64,000 nt of DNA from Bacteroidota bacterium (GTDB taxonomy: Bacteria > Bacteroidota > Ignavibacteria > SZUA-365): positions 5,007 to 69,006 of the forward strand of contig JARYLZ010000004.1 in NCBI GenBank assembly GCA_029907355.1. The letters are read 5' to 3'. A program made the translations under genes and the position numbers. Below the pieces are notes generated by a model. That model did not search any database, was not told where the DNA came from, and was given only the letters and a program-made list of their open reading frames with translations. This document shows positions 29,756 through 40,033 of this stretch, piece after piece; the stretch's first letter is position 1; each line of letters starts with the position of its first letter.

Positions 29756-30895
29756 TTATTTCATACTCTTTCTAAATGATTCCCGAGATATATGCTGTAC
29801 ATGCTCGTGAATGATTTCCAGAGTTTTTTCTGCCGCAATCGCCCAGTCGAAAGAATTTGCCCACTCTCTTGCGTTTACACTCATTTTTCTTCTGAGATCA
29901 GCATCATCAAGGAGAATTCTCATTGCTGACGCAAGAGACTCGATATTCCCATATGGATAAAGAATACCTGTTACATTGTTTTTCACGGAATCCCGTAGTC
30001 CAGGGACATCCGCCGCGATGACGGGTACCCCGCATGCATTCGCCTCTATGACAGTCAAACCCCAACCTTCTTTGGATGAAGGCTGAACGGCAAAACGCAT
30101 TTTGTGGAGTAAAGGGGCTTTCTTCTTTTCATCGATGAAACCATGAAAATGAACTTGATCTCGAAGATCGAGCTTCTTTGTGACATTCTCTAACCTCGTT
30201 CGATCATCACCATCGCCGATAATATCTAGGGTGAGTTCGGGGTAATCTTTTCGAAGAAGGGAACACGCTTCAAGGAGATGATCAATTGATTTATACCTTT
30301 TCAAACGCCCGAAATAGCAAATACGGTATGGTTCATGCTCATCATTGAGAGAAGGGTAGTAGATTTCTTTATTGACACAGTAATTGATAATGGTAACCTG
30401 GTCACGCCGGAATCCCCACTCAGTATATTCACGGTAAGTACTGGGCGAACCAACGATGAAAGGGACATTTCGATAAACGGGTTTAATGAGTCTCTCAAAA
30501 AGAAAGATATAAAATGCAAATGGAAAAATTGCCTCGAGAAAAATACTTCGACCGAACAGATGATGGGTTACGGCAATGATCGGCTCGCGCACGAATAGAG
30601 GGGTGAAAAAAGGTATTTTGTTGATATCGTCAATAACGACGTCGAAATGTTCTTTCCGAAATTTCAATAAATATCGGATAGGAACGAGATAATTAAAGAG
30701 AAATCTTCCGCCTTGACGGATAATTCGAATACCGTTGCGCAATTCTTCTCGTGACGAACCCCTGTATCGATGACAGAAGAGTGTGACATCATGTCCGCGG
30801 CGTGCGATGCGTTCGAAAACCTCGTGGAGGTGAACCTCTGCACCGCCGGCTAATGGATTCGTTATATCCTGCCAGTTGAGAACGAGAATTTTCAT
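29756..30895 (-). CDS. glycosyltransferase family 4
   Basis: N-terminal 'GGAEVH' and a C-terminal GT-B 'E..G...IEA.A.G.PV' motif. Confidence 0.8.
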   Translation of the reverse strand: MKILVLNWQDITNPLAGGAEVHLHEVFERIARRGHDVTLFCHRYRGSSREELRNGIRIIRQGGRFLFNYLVPIRYLLKFRKEHFDVVIDDINKIPFFTPLFVREPIIAVTHHLFGRSIFLEAIFPFAFYIFLFERLIKPVYRNVPFIVGSPSTYREYTEWGFRRDQVTIINYCVNKEIYYPSLNDEHEPYRICYFGRLKRYKSIDHLLEACSLLRKDYPELTLDIIGDGDDRTRLENVTKKLDLRDQVHFHGFIDEKKKAPLLHKMRFAVQPSSKEGWGLTVIEANACGVPVIAADVPGLRDSVKNNVTGILYPYGNIESLASAMRILLDDADLRRKMSVNAREWANSFDWAIAAEKTLEIIHEHVQHISRESFRKSMK

Positions 30896-30912
30896 GTAAA
30901 GTACGAACAGCT

Positions 30913-31713
30913 TTATACAGAATTTATTTTCACCGTATCCTGTCGAACTTTTTCAGCAATTACACCAATCGAAAGTGCTGTGTGAAGCTGAAAAGAGGTC
31001 CCTTCTAAACGCTTTCTGAGACGTGACCGAAACAAAGCGAGAGATTTAATGAGAACAGGATACATGGGGAGGCGTATCCCCAGTCGAAGCAATACCTCGC
31101 GCGTTGCACGGTAAAAAAAACTCGGGTACATCCATTCACCGTATGCTGCTCGGAATACTAACCCAAGAGATTCCAGGATTCGTACCAACTCGTTGATGGA
31201 GAATTCGCGTTCCCAGCCTGCAAACCAGGCGTTGAGAGGGATCAATAGGTGTTTGATAAGAGTGTAGACATGCCAACGCTGTGGCACATCGACGAGAAGC
31301 AACCCTCCATCTTTCAATACACGGATATTTTCTTCAAGAATGCGGCGAGAATCGTCGAGTCTGAAATGTTCGAGTAGACCTTGGTGGAAAACCACGTCAA
31401 ATGTCCTGTCCTTAAAAGGCAATCGAAATGCATCACCGCCAATGATCGTGATATCGACACCCTCTGGTTTAAGTGATGACATTAACCGCAAAGCATGGAA
31501 CGCGTAATCGAGAAGGAACAATTCCGCTCCATCTTTCGCCATGAAAAACGTGTCTCTTCCTGTTCCAGCACCGACTTCAAGGATTCGTGAACCTTTCAAA
31601 GGACGGATTGAAGAAAGGTGCTTCCTGATGCGATCCGTGTTCGGGTATACCTCACGCGGGTCGGACTTTGTTTTCCAAAAATTTTCCCAGTTCTGTTTTG
31701 TCGACTGCTTCAT
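30913..31713 (-). CDS. class I SAM-dependent methyltransferase
   Basis: Motif I 'ILEVGAGTGRD'. Length 266 aa. Confidence 0.75.
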   Translation of the reverse strand: MKQSTKQNWENFWKTKSDPREVYPNTDRIRKHLSSIRPLKGSRILEVGAGTGRDTFFMAKDGAELFLLDYAFHALRLMSSLKPEGVDITIIGGDAFRLPFKDRTFDVVFHQGLLEHFRLDDSRRILEENIRVLKDGGLLLVDVPQRWHVYTLIKHLLIPLNAWFAGWEREFSINELVRILESLGLVFRAAYGEWMYPSFFYRATREVLLRLGIRLPMYPVLIKSLALFRSRLRKRLEGTSFQLHTALSIGVIAEKVRQDTVKINSV

Positions 31714-31845
31714 TCGTCAATATCGGCGAAAATGCATCTTCCGATAATATATATTATGTAAAGTATGATTTTTTACTCATTGTACACCGTTTTTCATATT
31801 CCCTCTCGTAAATGTACGCAATCCTTATGCTGCGTTCGATGCTAC

Positions 31846-32640
31846 CTACCACTCACGCAATCGTTTCGGGATACCTTCCAATGGGAGTGAAACCTGATAG
31901 AATTCTCGTGTAACCCTTTGCCAATACTCTCCCGTGATCTTTCCTCTTCCCAGCACAGCACAATACGCAAGACCGGTACGTTTCAAACCTTCGTTCGCTT
32001 CGAACGGATCGATGACGATTGCACCATTCGGTGGGATTCGGTATTTATCGCGTGAAAGCTGCTTCCCTCGATCAAGGTAAAAAGTCACTGCAACCGTGAC
32101 TGAGCTGTCACTTTCGGGATTTGAGAGAATCAGACGCGCTTGAACGTCGGGATCGGCAACAAAATGTTGGCACAATAAAGCTTCCGCGCCTTCGCCGTCA
32201 GCCACCGGAAGCGCAGTGTTGAAGGGTCTTTCCTTCTCCTGTCGATGGAACTGCCAGTATTGTGCGGCCACGTTCCCGCCGTCAGAAATAATTCGGATTG
32301 TTCCTTGGAATATTTTGCCAAGGAGACGTGCCGACGGGTCGTAATTTACTTTACCGAATATAGGAAGGAAATATGCTTCCTCATCAAGGAGCGTTCCCGA
32401 TGTATCATAAACAAGGACGTTGACGACTGCGCCGCTTCCCTCAACGTCTGTGATGACAAGATGGTTCTCAAAGTTTTGGGGGTCCGAAACGAAGTAATTC
32501 AGCACGAGTTGATCCCCAACTCGCAAACTTCTTCGTTCTTGCTCCTCTCCTCCGATCTGGGCAAGTGTGGCGCCGTGCAAAAAGATGCCCCAAAGAACAG
32601 CGGTGAAAGAAGCCGTTCTGATGCTCGGGAGGAAATTCAC
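31846..32640 (-). CDS. secreted hypothetical protein, tandem paralog B, with an internal two-fold repeat
   Basis: Signal peptide present. Shares with the upstream paralog the pattern 'F.SDP......HhVh.DV.G.G..h.h..h...G.L.......L..FGK.NY.P' and the terminal 'GKITGEYWQ'. Confidence 0.5.
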   Translation of the reverse strand: MNFLPSIRTASFTAVLWGIFLHGATLAQIGGEEQERRSLRVGDQLVLNYFVSDPQNFENHLVITDVEGSGAVVNVLVYDTSGTLLDEEAYFLPIFGKVNYDPSARLLGKIFQGTIRIISDGGNVAAQYWQFHRQEKERPFNTALPVADGEGAEALLCQHFVADPDVQARLILSNPESDSSVTVAVTFYLDRGKQLSRDKYRIPPNGAIVIDPFEANEGLKRTGLAYCAVLGRGKITGEYWQRVTREFYQVSLPLEGIPKRLREW

Positions 32641-33410
32641 CGAATCTTTGTCACGCCTTCAAGAGGTAAAGCGAGGCGGTATTTTTCAATTTGTGAAGAT
32701 TGCCAATACTCGCCTGTGATTTTACCGGGTCCGACGACAACGATATATGCCGTCCCGGTCATTTTCAGTCCCTTCGTTACCTTGTAGGGGTTGATTCGCA
32801 CGATCCCGTTCGGCTGAATGATGAACTTTTCGGTAGCTACCAGCCCCCCGTCGTCCGAGTACATCTTTACATTGATAGTCACAGGCCGCATATCCTCTGC
32901 ATTGGCCACGACAATGGTCGCCTCGATAGATTTATCCGATACGAAATGCTGACAGACGAGTTTGTCGTACCCCTCGCCTGCCGACGCAGGAACGGCGATG
33001 TTCATATACCCGTTCTTCGGGGTTGTGTACATCTCCCAGTACTGGCCGATCAAGTTCCCGCCGTCGCTTTCGATACGAACCGTTCCCTGGAACTTCGGGT
33101 TCTGGTTGTACCCATGCTGGTAGGCGTTGAGATACGTCAGAGGATTGTAATTCAATTTCCCGAATGCTTGGAGGGTCTCATAGCGTTCATAGACGAGGCG
33201 TCCATCATCGCTGAAAATTGAGATACGAATGTTCGGTCCGACACCGTCGACGTCGCTGACGACGACGTGTGTCTGGATTTGCTCGGGATCGGACGCGAAG
33301 TTGCTGATGATCAATTTACTTCCCGTCTGTGCGTGTGAAGGCATCAGCCCGGAACACACGGCGAACGTAATGGCAATCGCAGCCACGGTCGTGTTGCGCG
33401 CTTTCAGCAT
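32637..33410 (-). CDS. secreted hypothetical protein, tandem paralog A, with an internal two-fold repeat
   Basis: Start taken at 'MLKARNTTVAAIAITFAVCSGLMPSHAQ' (signal peptide), with AGGAGG 11 nt upstream. Each half ends in '..GEYW'. Paralogous to 31846..32640. Confidence 0.5.
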   Translation of the reverse strand: MLKARNTTVAAIAITFAVCSGLMPSHAQTGSKLIISNFASDPEQIQTHVVVSDVDGVGPNIRISIFSDDGRLVYERYETLQAFGKLNYNPLTYLNAYQHGYNQNPKFQGTVRIESDGGNLIGQYWEMYTTPKNGYMNIAVPASAGEGYDKLVCQHFVSDKSIEATIVVANAEDMRPVTINVKMYSDDGGLVATEKFIIQPNGIVRINPYKVTKGLKMTGTAYIVVVGPGKITGEYWQSSQIEKYRLALPLEGVTKIR

Positions 33411-34249
33411 TGAGATAGTCCTCCTGGGAGATGTTGTAAAACGATACGATGCGGAGCAAGAAAACGTTGTACCCACGCGCGGTAGGTCTGCACAGGGAGT
33501 TCGAGAAAAGCTTCCGCGTACTGTGCCGTTCGCTCGAAGGTTATGGCGCGATACGCATTCAACCCCAAAATATGGTGCCCGTAATCGAGCGACGCAAGTT
33601 GGCTTACGTACATCGCAGTCGCCTTACGTTTCGTTGCGATGTGCTCGCTGATATCAATGACGATGTTGGCCGGAAGAGGTGTCCAGACCTCGAATGCCCG
33701 GACCAGACAGTTGTCCAAGCCGACCATCCCGCATGCAGAGGCGAAAGCGATATTGACCCGTCGGTGATCTTCATGGTTATCGAATATCGATGGAAGATAC
33801 AAAAGACGGGGTTGTTTCTCAACGAGTACCTTCGCCAGCAAATCACAAGCGCATTTCGACGCGAGTTCCGCCGGCGCGAGATCTAGATATCGAACACTCC
33901 GAACGCCGAGAGCGTCCATCGCCTGTCGAAATTCCGCTAAGCGCGTTCGCCGTGTTTCTTCGTCCGTTATCCACTCCTGGCGGATACTCCCAGCGTTGTT
34001 GGAACACAGGACAACAGTGAGTTGATCCCCATGGGCGACGTGCAGAGCGATAGTCCCTCCCACCCCGAACGTCTCATCATCGGCATGGGGAGAGAGGACG
34101 ACCACACTCCCCTCCCCTTCGTATGGAAAAAGTGCCTGCCTCGGATATACGGTGAGATTCTGATTGATGACGAGTTCGAGATAGTTTCTCGCGCGCCCTA
34201 CGAGACGTTTTCGGGAAAACCGATTGGCCATGCGATCCAAAATTTTCAT
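33404..34249 (-). CDS. PIG-L/LmbE-family N-acetylglucosaminyl deacetylase
   Basis: 'VVVLSPHADDETFGVGGTI' zinc-binding signature. Confidence 0.75.
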   Translation of the reverse strand: MKILDRMANRFSRKRLVGRARNYLELVINQNLTVYPRQALFPYEGEGSVVVLSPHADDETFGVGGTIALHVAHGDQLTVVLCSNNAGSIRQEWITDEETRRTRLAEFRQAMDALGVRSVRYLDLAPAELASKCACDLLAKVLVEKQPRLLYLPSIFDNHEDHRRVNIAFASACGMVGLDNCLVRAFEVWTPLPANIVIDISEHIATKRKATAMYVSQLASLDYGHHILGLNAYRAITFERTAQYAEAFLELPVQTYRAWVQRFLAPHRIVLQHLPGGLSQC

Positions 34250-34800
34250 TCTCTTTCCTTAGGGAGTTTCCCTTTTGAAAAAATTGTTCGTGTACCCATC
34301 CGAAGAACAGTAATTTTACCGGTGATCGTATACCCTGCCTTCATAATGCCGCGAATCGAAGGGAGATTGCCTTTTTCTGCGTAAATCCAGGTTCGTGTAC
34401 ACGCCAGGTTCATATCATCCGCCCAGTTTATCCATTCGAGAGCTGCAGGGTAGTACCCTCTCCCCCGGTACAATGGAGCAGTGACACAATCATACACGCA
34501 AAGGTTCCCTTCCGGTATAATCCACTTTCGGTCGATTTCATCGATGTGGAGTTCGTTTCCAGTCACCCAGCAAAGAAAGACGACGCGTTCACCGTTGTTC
34601 CCCCAAACTGCGCAGTGACCGTCGCGAAAGCGACGCCTATACTCATCGTGATAGGGGAAATCGCTCATCGCGAGCCATGGGAACTCTGACGGGACGACGG
34701 TCGATGTGAAAGAGACATCGGGCGACGTGCGGGGAGGTTCTCCCGTTCTCGTCCGCCGAGAGAAAAATATCAGTGTTGCAAGATTCACCCCATGACACAT
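34246..34800 (-). CDS. GNAT-family N-acetyltransferase
   Basis: Motif A-like 'VTAPLYRGRGYYPAAL'. Confidence 0.5.
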   Translation of the reverse strand: MCHGVNLATLIFFSRRTRTGEPPRTSPDVSFTSTVVPSEFPWLAMSDFPYHDEYRRRFRDGHCAVWGNNGERVVFLCWVTGNELHIDEIDRKWIIPEGNLCVYDCVTAPLYRGRGYYPAALEWINWADDMNLACTRTWIYAEKGNLPSIRGIMKAGYTITGKITVLRMGTRTIFSKGKLPKERE

Positions 34801-34808
34801 CGCTCGCT

Positions 34809-35972
34809 CTATTCTTCAGCGTATTGGGCTAGGTTGAAACGGGTCAGTCGTCGAACTACGTTTCGAAAACCCCGATACGACCGAGCGGAACAGTAACGAA
34901 GCGAGACCGATGGGGGCACGATATGCCAATGTCTGCTCCGTGTTTCCTCGGCACCAAGATCACGTTTATACCGTTCCGTCCCCCGTAAAAGGTCAAGAAC
35001 AATCTCTCCGCTTCGCTCTCCATTCGCTGAATCCCAATACGGTAAGCAATCCCAGAGGTACGATAGATTCCCGAACCCCGGTGTGAGGAAACTCGCGGCG
35101 GGATCCATTCCTGAGAGAAAGTAGGAGAACGTGTTTCCCGACCGAAAAAGTAAGATGGTGTGGATGACGTGATCCCCGAACCACACTTCGGAATGCACAA
35201 AAGCATCCCCACAGAGACGGGCAAGGAGGAGAAGGAAGTCGACGTTCCGCTGCTCAGAAAAAAACGATCTTTCCCTGAAACGCTGCCGATTCAAGGAAAT
35301 GAGCGTTGACAACGCCTTGTCCGTCGTTCCCTGGAACACACGAATTCCTAGACGATGGGAGATGCGATGCTCTTCCCAGTGTCTTAGAGCACGACGTATC
35401 GACGGGTGCACACACGAAGCATCGGCAGCGCGGCAATGTTTCCAGCATGCTAATCGCAAGCTACGAAAAACGGACCCCGGGTTCGTTTCGACCCGCCACT
35501 CCTTTGGGATCTCTGCCGATTCGATGCTGTCCCCGGTTCTTACCTCGTTGAACTGATACCATGCGTGAGGAAACACACTTCGGCAGAACGCGAACACGGC
35601 TTCCCACGCTTTATTGATGTACTGGTCAGGCGAGATAAGCTCGAAATAGGGAGTAAGCCCTTCACCGATCCAGTGGATATGTTCCCATGCCACGGACGTG
35701 CCGATGCGTCTTCTCTGGATGAAGAAAGGGGCTGCGAAGAGAATGTCATCCCCCTCTGTTCCCGTCAGCAAGCATAATTCGCGCTGCGGATTCCCCTCAC
35801 CGAACGATTCCCACCAGGCAGCAATCCATTCCCAACGTTGGAAAAAGGTCGCCCTGGATAATCGCCCGCTCGCATAGATCTCCCTCCACCATCTCTTCAG
35901 GCGTTCGTCGTGGAAATCCGTTCGTTCGATTTTCACGTGCCGCCTCTCCAACCGACGATCCGGGCGGGACAC
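34809..35972 (-). CDS. FemAB/CelD-like (BioF2-like) acyl/aminoacyl-transferase family protein
   Basis: About 390 aa with the GNAT_acetyltr_2-type architecture that is commonly placed in glycan loci. Confidence 0.45.
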   Translation of the reverse strand: MSRPDRRLERRHVKIERTDFHDERLKRWWREIYASGRLSRATFFQRWEWIAAWWESFGEGNPQRELCLLTGTEGDDILFAAPFFIQRRRIGTSVAWEHIHWIGEGLTPYFELISPDQYINKAWEAVFAFCRSVFPHAWYQFNEVRTGDSIESAEIPKEWRVETNPGSVFRSLRLACWKHCRAADASCVHPSIRRALRHWEEHRISHRLGIRVFQGTTDKALSTLISLNRQRFRERSFFSEQRNVDFLLLLARLCGDAFVHSEVWFGDHVIHTILLFRSGNTFSYFLSGMDPAASFLTPGFGNLSYLWDCLPYWDSANGERSGEIVLDLLRGTERYKRDLGAEETRSRHWHIVPPSVSLRYCSARSYRGFRNVVRRLTRFNLAQYAEE

Positions 35973-36502
35973 CCGACAGCGATGGCACGGGGGGGGATAT
36001 CATGCGTGACAGTTGTGTTCGCTCCGATCACTGCGCCATCGCCGATGGTCACGCCGGCAAGAACGACACTCATCGTCCCGATCCATACGTCCTTTCCGAT
36101 ACAGATGGGACGCTTTACCCCGCCCTGCTCCCGAATAGGGATATCCGTGCTCTTGAACGTGTGATGGGCATCGATGATCGAGACGAAACCCGCGATGAGG
36201 GTATCCTTTCCGATCCGCACAGACCCTGAAACGGTACAGTGTTGCGAGATGAAAACGTTTTCCCCGATATCCATTTCATCTTTGCACTCGACGATCAACC
36301 AGCTGTCCTGCAGGATTTGTACACCGGCACCGATTTGGATTCTCCCTCCCTCATGCACATCAATGTGTACACGCCTTCCGAAAGAAACCGAGGGGTGGAT
36401 TTCATGTCCGGCACGGCGCAATCTTCCGACAACCGCTTTCCGTTCAAGACTCTCCCAGGAGACGAATACACGTTGAAGGAAAGATGGGACCCAACGGAAC
36501 AT
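35933..36502 (-). CDS. hexapeptide-repeat (LbH) sugar O-acetyltransferase
   Basis: Repeated [LIV]G..... hexads 'IGKDVWIGTMSVVLAGVTIGDGAVIGANTTV'. Confidence 0.75.
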   Translation of the reverse strand: MFRWVPSFLQRVFVSWESLERKAVVGRLRRAGHEIHPSVSFGRRVHIDVHEGGRIQIGAGVQILQDSWLIVECKDEMDIGENVFISQHCTVSGSVRIGKDTLIAGFVSIIDAHHTFKSTDIPIREQGGVKRPICIGKDVWIGTMSVVLAGVTIGDGAVIGANTTVTHDIPPRAIAVGCPARIVGWRGGT

Positions 36503-36506
36503 CGCG

Positions 36507-37805
36507 TCATTTCCCCGGGATAGTAATATTTTCTATTTCATGCCGATGGCGATAGAGATAGAGGAGAGAAACCGTCCCTGCGATGGACCATATCAGAACC
36601 GTACTCAACGCCGCCCCCAATGCACCGAGCCAGCGAATGAACAGGTAATGGGAGAAAACAGTCAAGCATAGTTGCACAAAGCTGATCATTGCTGCGGCCG
36701 AAGCCCGGCCGATCGAAAGAACGAGCGTCGTGAGAGGGTTGCCGAAAATCGTCCAGGCATATCCGATGAAGAGAATGGAAAACAGTGGGATGGAGGGGGT
36801 ATAGTTCGGGAACATAGACGGAATCATCAGGACGATGACCGCCCCGTAGATCATGGAGAGTCCGATCAACGGGAGCGTCACCTGCAACGTACGACGTACG
36901 TAATGGCGCATGTCATCCAGGCAGCGCAGAGCCATTGCTTTCGGGAAAAACACGGTCGACACGGAACCCGTAAGAACGATGAGAGGTGTGCACAAGCGCA
37001 CGGCCGCCGCATAGTGCCCAATTTCATCCGGCTGGTTGGAAAGCAAGGGAGGGAGCATGAACATGTCGATCCGCATGAGAAACATCGTAGAAAAAGACGT
37101 GAGCATCATCCATCTGCCAAACGTGACAACCTCCCTCCCGATTTCTTTCCACCCGTACGAGGCGAAATCGGGTTCTTTCCGAATGCTGACAGCGCCTGCG
37201 AGACCTACGACGAACGGCACTGTCACGTATGCCGAGTACACGAGATTCAGCGAAAACATGCCTCCCAGGATTCCCGCCACGATCACCCCGATCTTCCCGA
37301 AGCTTTCCATGACACGCAATGCAGTCAATCGGGCGAACTCTTGACGCGCTTGAAAGACTGCTTGCGAAAACTCGAAGATTCCACTCCCCACGACGCCGAC
37401 ACTGAGTAAACGGAATGGAAATGCGAGCGCAGGCATGCGGAACACGTGTACAGCCAGAATCGGCGCGGTACAGAATAGGAGAATGCCTGTACCCACGATG
37501 GCGATGATCTTCACCCTCCATGCGAATCGGAGATGCGCCCATGCACGATGTTTATCGGTTTTTTCATAGAGCGCGAAGAAACGAATGAAACTCGCATGAA
37601 GCCCCGAATCCGTGAACTGATTCACTGTGGCAAGAACCGTGATGAATACACCGTACAGAGCGTACTCCGCCGGCGTAACAAGTTTCAACAGGAGGAGCGT
37701 GATGAGAAACGTCAGGAATTTCGCAAGGACATCACCAGCGAAAACTATGCCGCTTTCACGTGCGGTCGAAGGGATCGCATTCCTGACGTGCTCAAACAAA
37801 GGCAT
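36507..37805 (-). CDS. Wzx-like oligosaccharide flippase (polysaccharide biosynthesis protein)
   Basis: 432 aa with about 12 TM segments, placed within a glycan locus. Confidence 0.7.
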   Translation of the reverse strand: MPLFEHVRNAIPSTARESGIVFAGDVLAKFLTFLITLLLLKLVTPAEYALYGVFITVLATVNQFTDSGLHASFIRFFALYEKTDKHRAWAHLRFAWRVKIIAIVGTGILLFCTAPILAVHVFRMPALAFPFRLLSVGVVGSGIFEFSQAVFQARQEFARLTALRVMESFGKIGVIVAGILGGMFSLNLVYSAYVTVPFVVGLAGAVSIRKEPDFASYGWKEIGREVVTFGRWMMLTSFSTMFLMRIDMFMLPPLLSNQPDEIGHYAAAVRLCTPLIVLTGSVSTVFFPKAMALRCLDDMRHYVRRTLQVTLPLIGLSMIYGAVIVLMIPSMFPNYTPSIPLFSILFIGYAWTIFGNPLTTLVLSIGRASAAAMISFVQLCLTVFSHYLFIRWLGALGAALSTVLIWSIAGTVSLLYLYRHRHEIENITIPGK

Positions 37806-38934
37806 CGGTCAATGCGGGGATTTGCTCATAGTTCCGGATAAGGGTGCGATAGGCTCTGATCGTCTGTTCGGCTGTCGCCGACCATGTATACCGTGCTCTG
37901 ACCCGTTCACGCAAGGGGGTCGTTGGGCGGGTGTCGGAAAGTGCCCGCATGAGTGCGTCGCGCACCGATTGAACAGATGCCGGGTCGCAATAAATGGCTT
38001 CATCCCCGAAATATTCGGATGCAGACCCATATTGCGTACATACAATTCTACAGCCGGCTGCTGCAGCTTCGAGGCTCGTGAGCCCCGGTGTTTCAAACCA
38101 GCTCGGTTGAGCGTGGATGCGTGCCGAAGCGAAGAACGGCCATGTTTCCTCCCAGGGGCGCCCCCCATAGTGATACAAGCGTACTCTGAATTTCCTGGAC
38201 TCGAACTGGCATTGGGACCAGTATGCCCTCTCGGCCATATTTACGTTGCCGAGGAGGATTAAAGGCATGTCGATTCCTTCCATTGCGCGGATCAATGTCC
38301 TTTGATTTTTCCTCCGCTCAATACGTCCGACGCAGAGGATATACTCAGCAGGGACACCGTCCGGCAGGTTCATCTCCCCATCGAGGAAACGGCAACCGTT
38401 TCGGACTATGAGCATCGGTGATTGCGTACCGAATCGTTCCCGAAGCATTTCCGCTTCGATCATGGAATTCGGGAGGATGAGGTCCGCATTCGCGAGAACG
38501 TTCGACAAGCATCTCCGGAAGTAGGGATTGTAATGAACGCTCTTCAATCTCCTTTCGAGCAGTTTCGCGATACGAGGACCGTTCAATTGTCGTGCGAGAA
38601 AGAGGATCGCTTTCTTCCACAGCGCGACAGCGCCCCCTCGTTCCTCGTAGGTTTCCATATCCCAATAAATGGGGGACAGCACAACCGGAATACCCTCTGA
38701 GCGCGCCTCACGGAGAGATGAACGATACTGGTGAACGAGTAAAAGGTTGAAAGCGTGTACCAGGTCGAATGCCTTAAGCATCGAGCGGGGGAGCGTGCAC
38801 TGTCCGTCTGAGACGAGTTCCAGACGGACTTCAACTCCCCTCTTCACCAATTCTTCCCTCGTCGCGAGGATCTGCGTTGTGTCTCCGCCCGGGTTCGTCA
38901 GGAGATTATTCCGGGCTAAGAAAAGGACCTTCAT
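37792..38934 (-). CDS. glycosyltransferase family 4
   Basis: 'MKVLFLARNNLLTNPGGDTTQI' and a GT-B C-terminal domain. Confidence 0.8.
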   Translation of the reverse strand: MKVLFLARNNLLTNPGGDTTQILATREELVKRGVEVRLELVSDGQCTLPRSMLKAFDLVHAFNLLLVHQYRSSLREARSEGIPVVLSPIYWDMETYEERGGAVALWKKAILFLARQLNGPRIAKLLERRLKSVHYNPYFRRCLSNVLANADLILPNSMIEAEMLRERFGTQSPMLIVRNGCRFLDGEMNLPDGVPAEYILCVGRIERRKNQRTLIRAMEGIDMPLILLGNVNMAERAYWSQCQFESRKFRVRLYHYGGRPWEETWPFFASARIHAQPSWFETPGLTSLEAAAAGCRIVCTQYGSASEYFGDEAIYCDPASVQSVRDALMRALSDTRPTTPLRERVRARYTWSATAEQTIRAYRTLIRNYEQIPALTDAFV

Positions 38935-38955
38935 GGTCGGAACGCTCCTCGATTC

Positions 38956-40011
38956 TCACGCCATGGCATGGAGATAGGCGGCAATATGTTCACCGGCAAC
39001 CCTCTCCCACGAGAGGTTTCGGACGAAGGCAGATGCACGACGGATACGTTCTTTCGTGGCAAGAATATCGGGTTTCACGAGAAGGTTCGTCAAGAAATTC
39101 AGGAGTTCCTCTCCGCTGGTAAAGTAGAATGTATGTTCCCTGATAGCGGGGAAAGATTCGAAATAGCGTCTCTTGATTTCCGACAAGGCAGGGACGATAA
39201 CCGGCCGGCCGGCTCGGAAGGCATCGAGAATTCCGAGGTAACCCGTCCCAATGACATAGTTAGCGGCGGCATAGAAGGGACCGATTTCCGTGGTTGGGGG
39301 ATGACGTGTAATGTTCAGGGATCCGCCAGCCAGAGCCTTGAGGTCATGAACCAGTTGTCCACAACCCACGAGAACGAGATGCACCGGCACACCAGCAACG
39401 TTTGCGGCCTTCGCGAGACATTCGGTGGTCTCCTTGATGCCAGTGTCTTCCGCCCATCGCCCGATAAACACGTAAGTATGATGATGCTCCCATGGAGGGG
39501 CCGTGTTGTCATGGATCGGCGCTCCGAGGTACACATGGTCAATCCGCTGGCCGTACAAGGCACGAACGTACTCCCCTACACCGAACGTAACATTCATGCA
39601 CCGGGCGGTGAAACGTCGAAGCACCACATCAACATAGCGCACGGGCCACGAATCGAAGCCATGAAACGTTGTAGCGAATACGGGGTGGCGAAAGAAAAGA
39701 CGAAATGGGAGAAACCAGTGGAAGAAGGTGCCATAATCATGAAAATGGAGAACGTCCGCTGCCGCAAAAACCCGCCGATGCTTCCAGATCCAGAACCAGC
39801 GCAATAAACGGGTGAAAGGCCGAACTCTTCTGACCCCGAACCGGAGGACGCGTACACCGTCTGGAGCATTCAGTTCCTTGCCGTTGTTCGACTCCGTGAT
39901 GATGGTGACCTCATGACCGCCTTTCGTCATTTCCGACGCAAGCGCATGGACGGCCAACTCCACCCCTCCGATGTCCGGGAGATAGCGATCTGTCAGGAAA
40001 ACGATCTGCAT
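38956..40011 (-). CDS. glycosyltransferase (GT4-like)
   Basis: 'MQIVFLTDRYLPDIGGVELAVHAL' N-terminal GT-B fold. Confidence 0.7.
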   Translation of the reverse strand: MQIVFLTDRYLPDIGGVELAVHALASEMTKGGHEVTIITESNNGKELNAPDGVRVLRFGVRRVRPFTRLLRWFWIWKHRRVFAAADVLHFHDYGTFFHWFLPFRLFFRHPVFATTFHGFDSWPVRYVDVVLRRFTARCMNVTFGVGEYVRALYGQRIDHVYLGAPIHDNTAPPWEHHHTYVFIGRWAEDTGIKETTECLAKAANVAGVPVHLVLVGCGQLVHDLKALAGGSLNITRHPPTTEIGPFYAAANYVIGTGYLGILDAFRAGRPVIVPALSEIKRRYFESFPAIREHTFYFTSGEELLNFLTNLLVKPDILATKERIRRASAFVRNLSWERVAGEHIAAYLHAMA

Positions 40012-40033
40012 CGACCCTGGACCTTCGTCTGCA

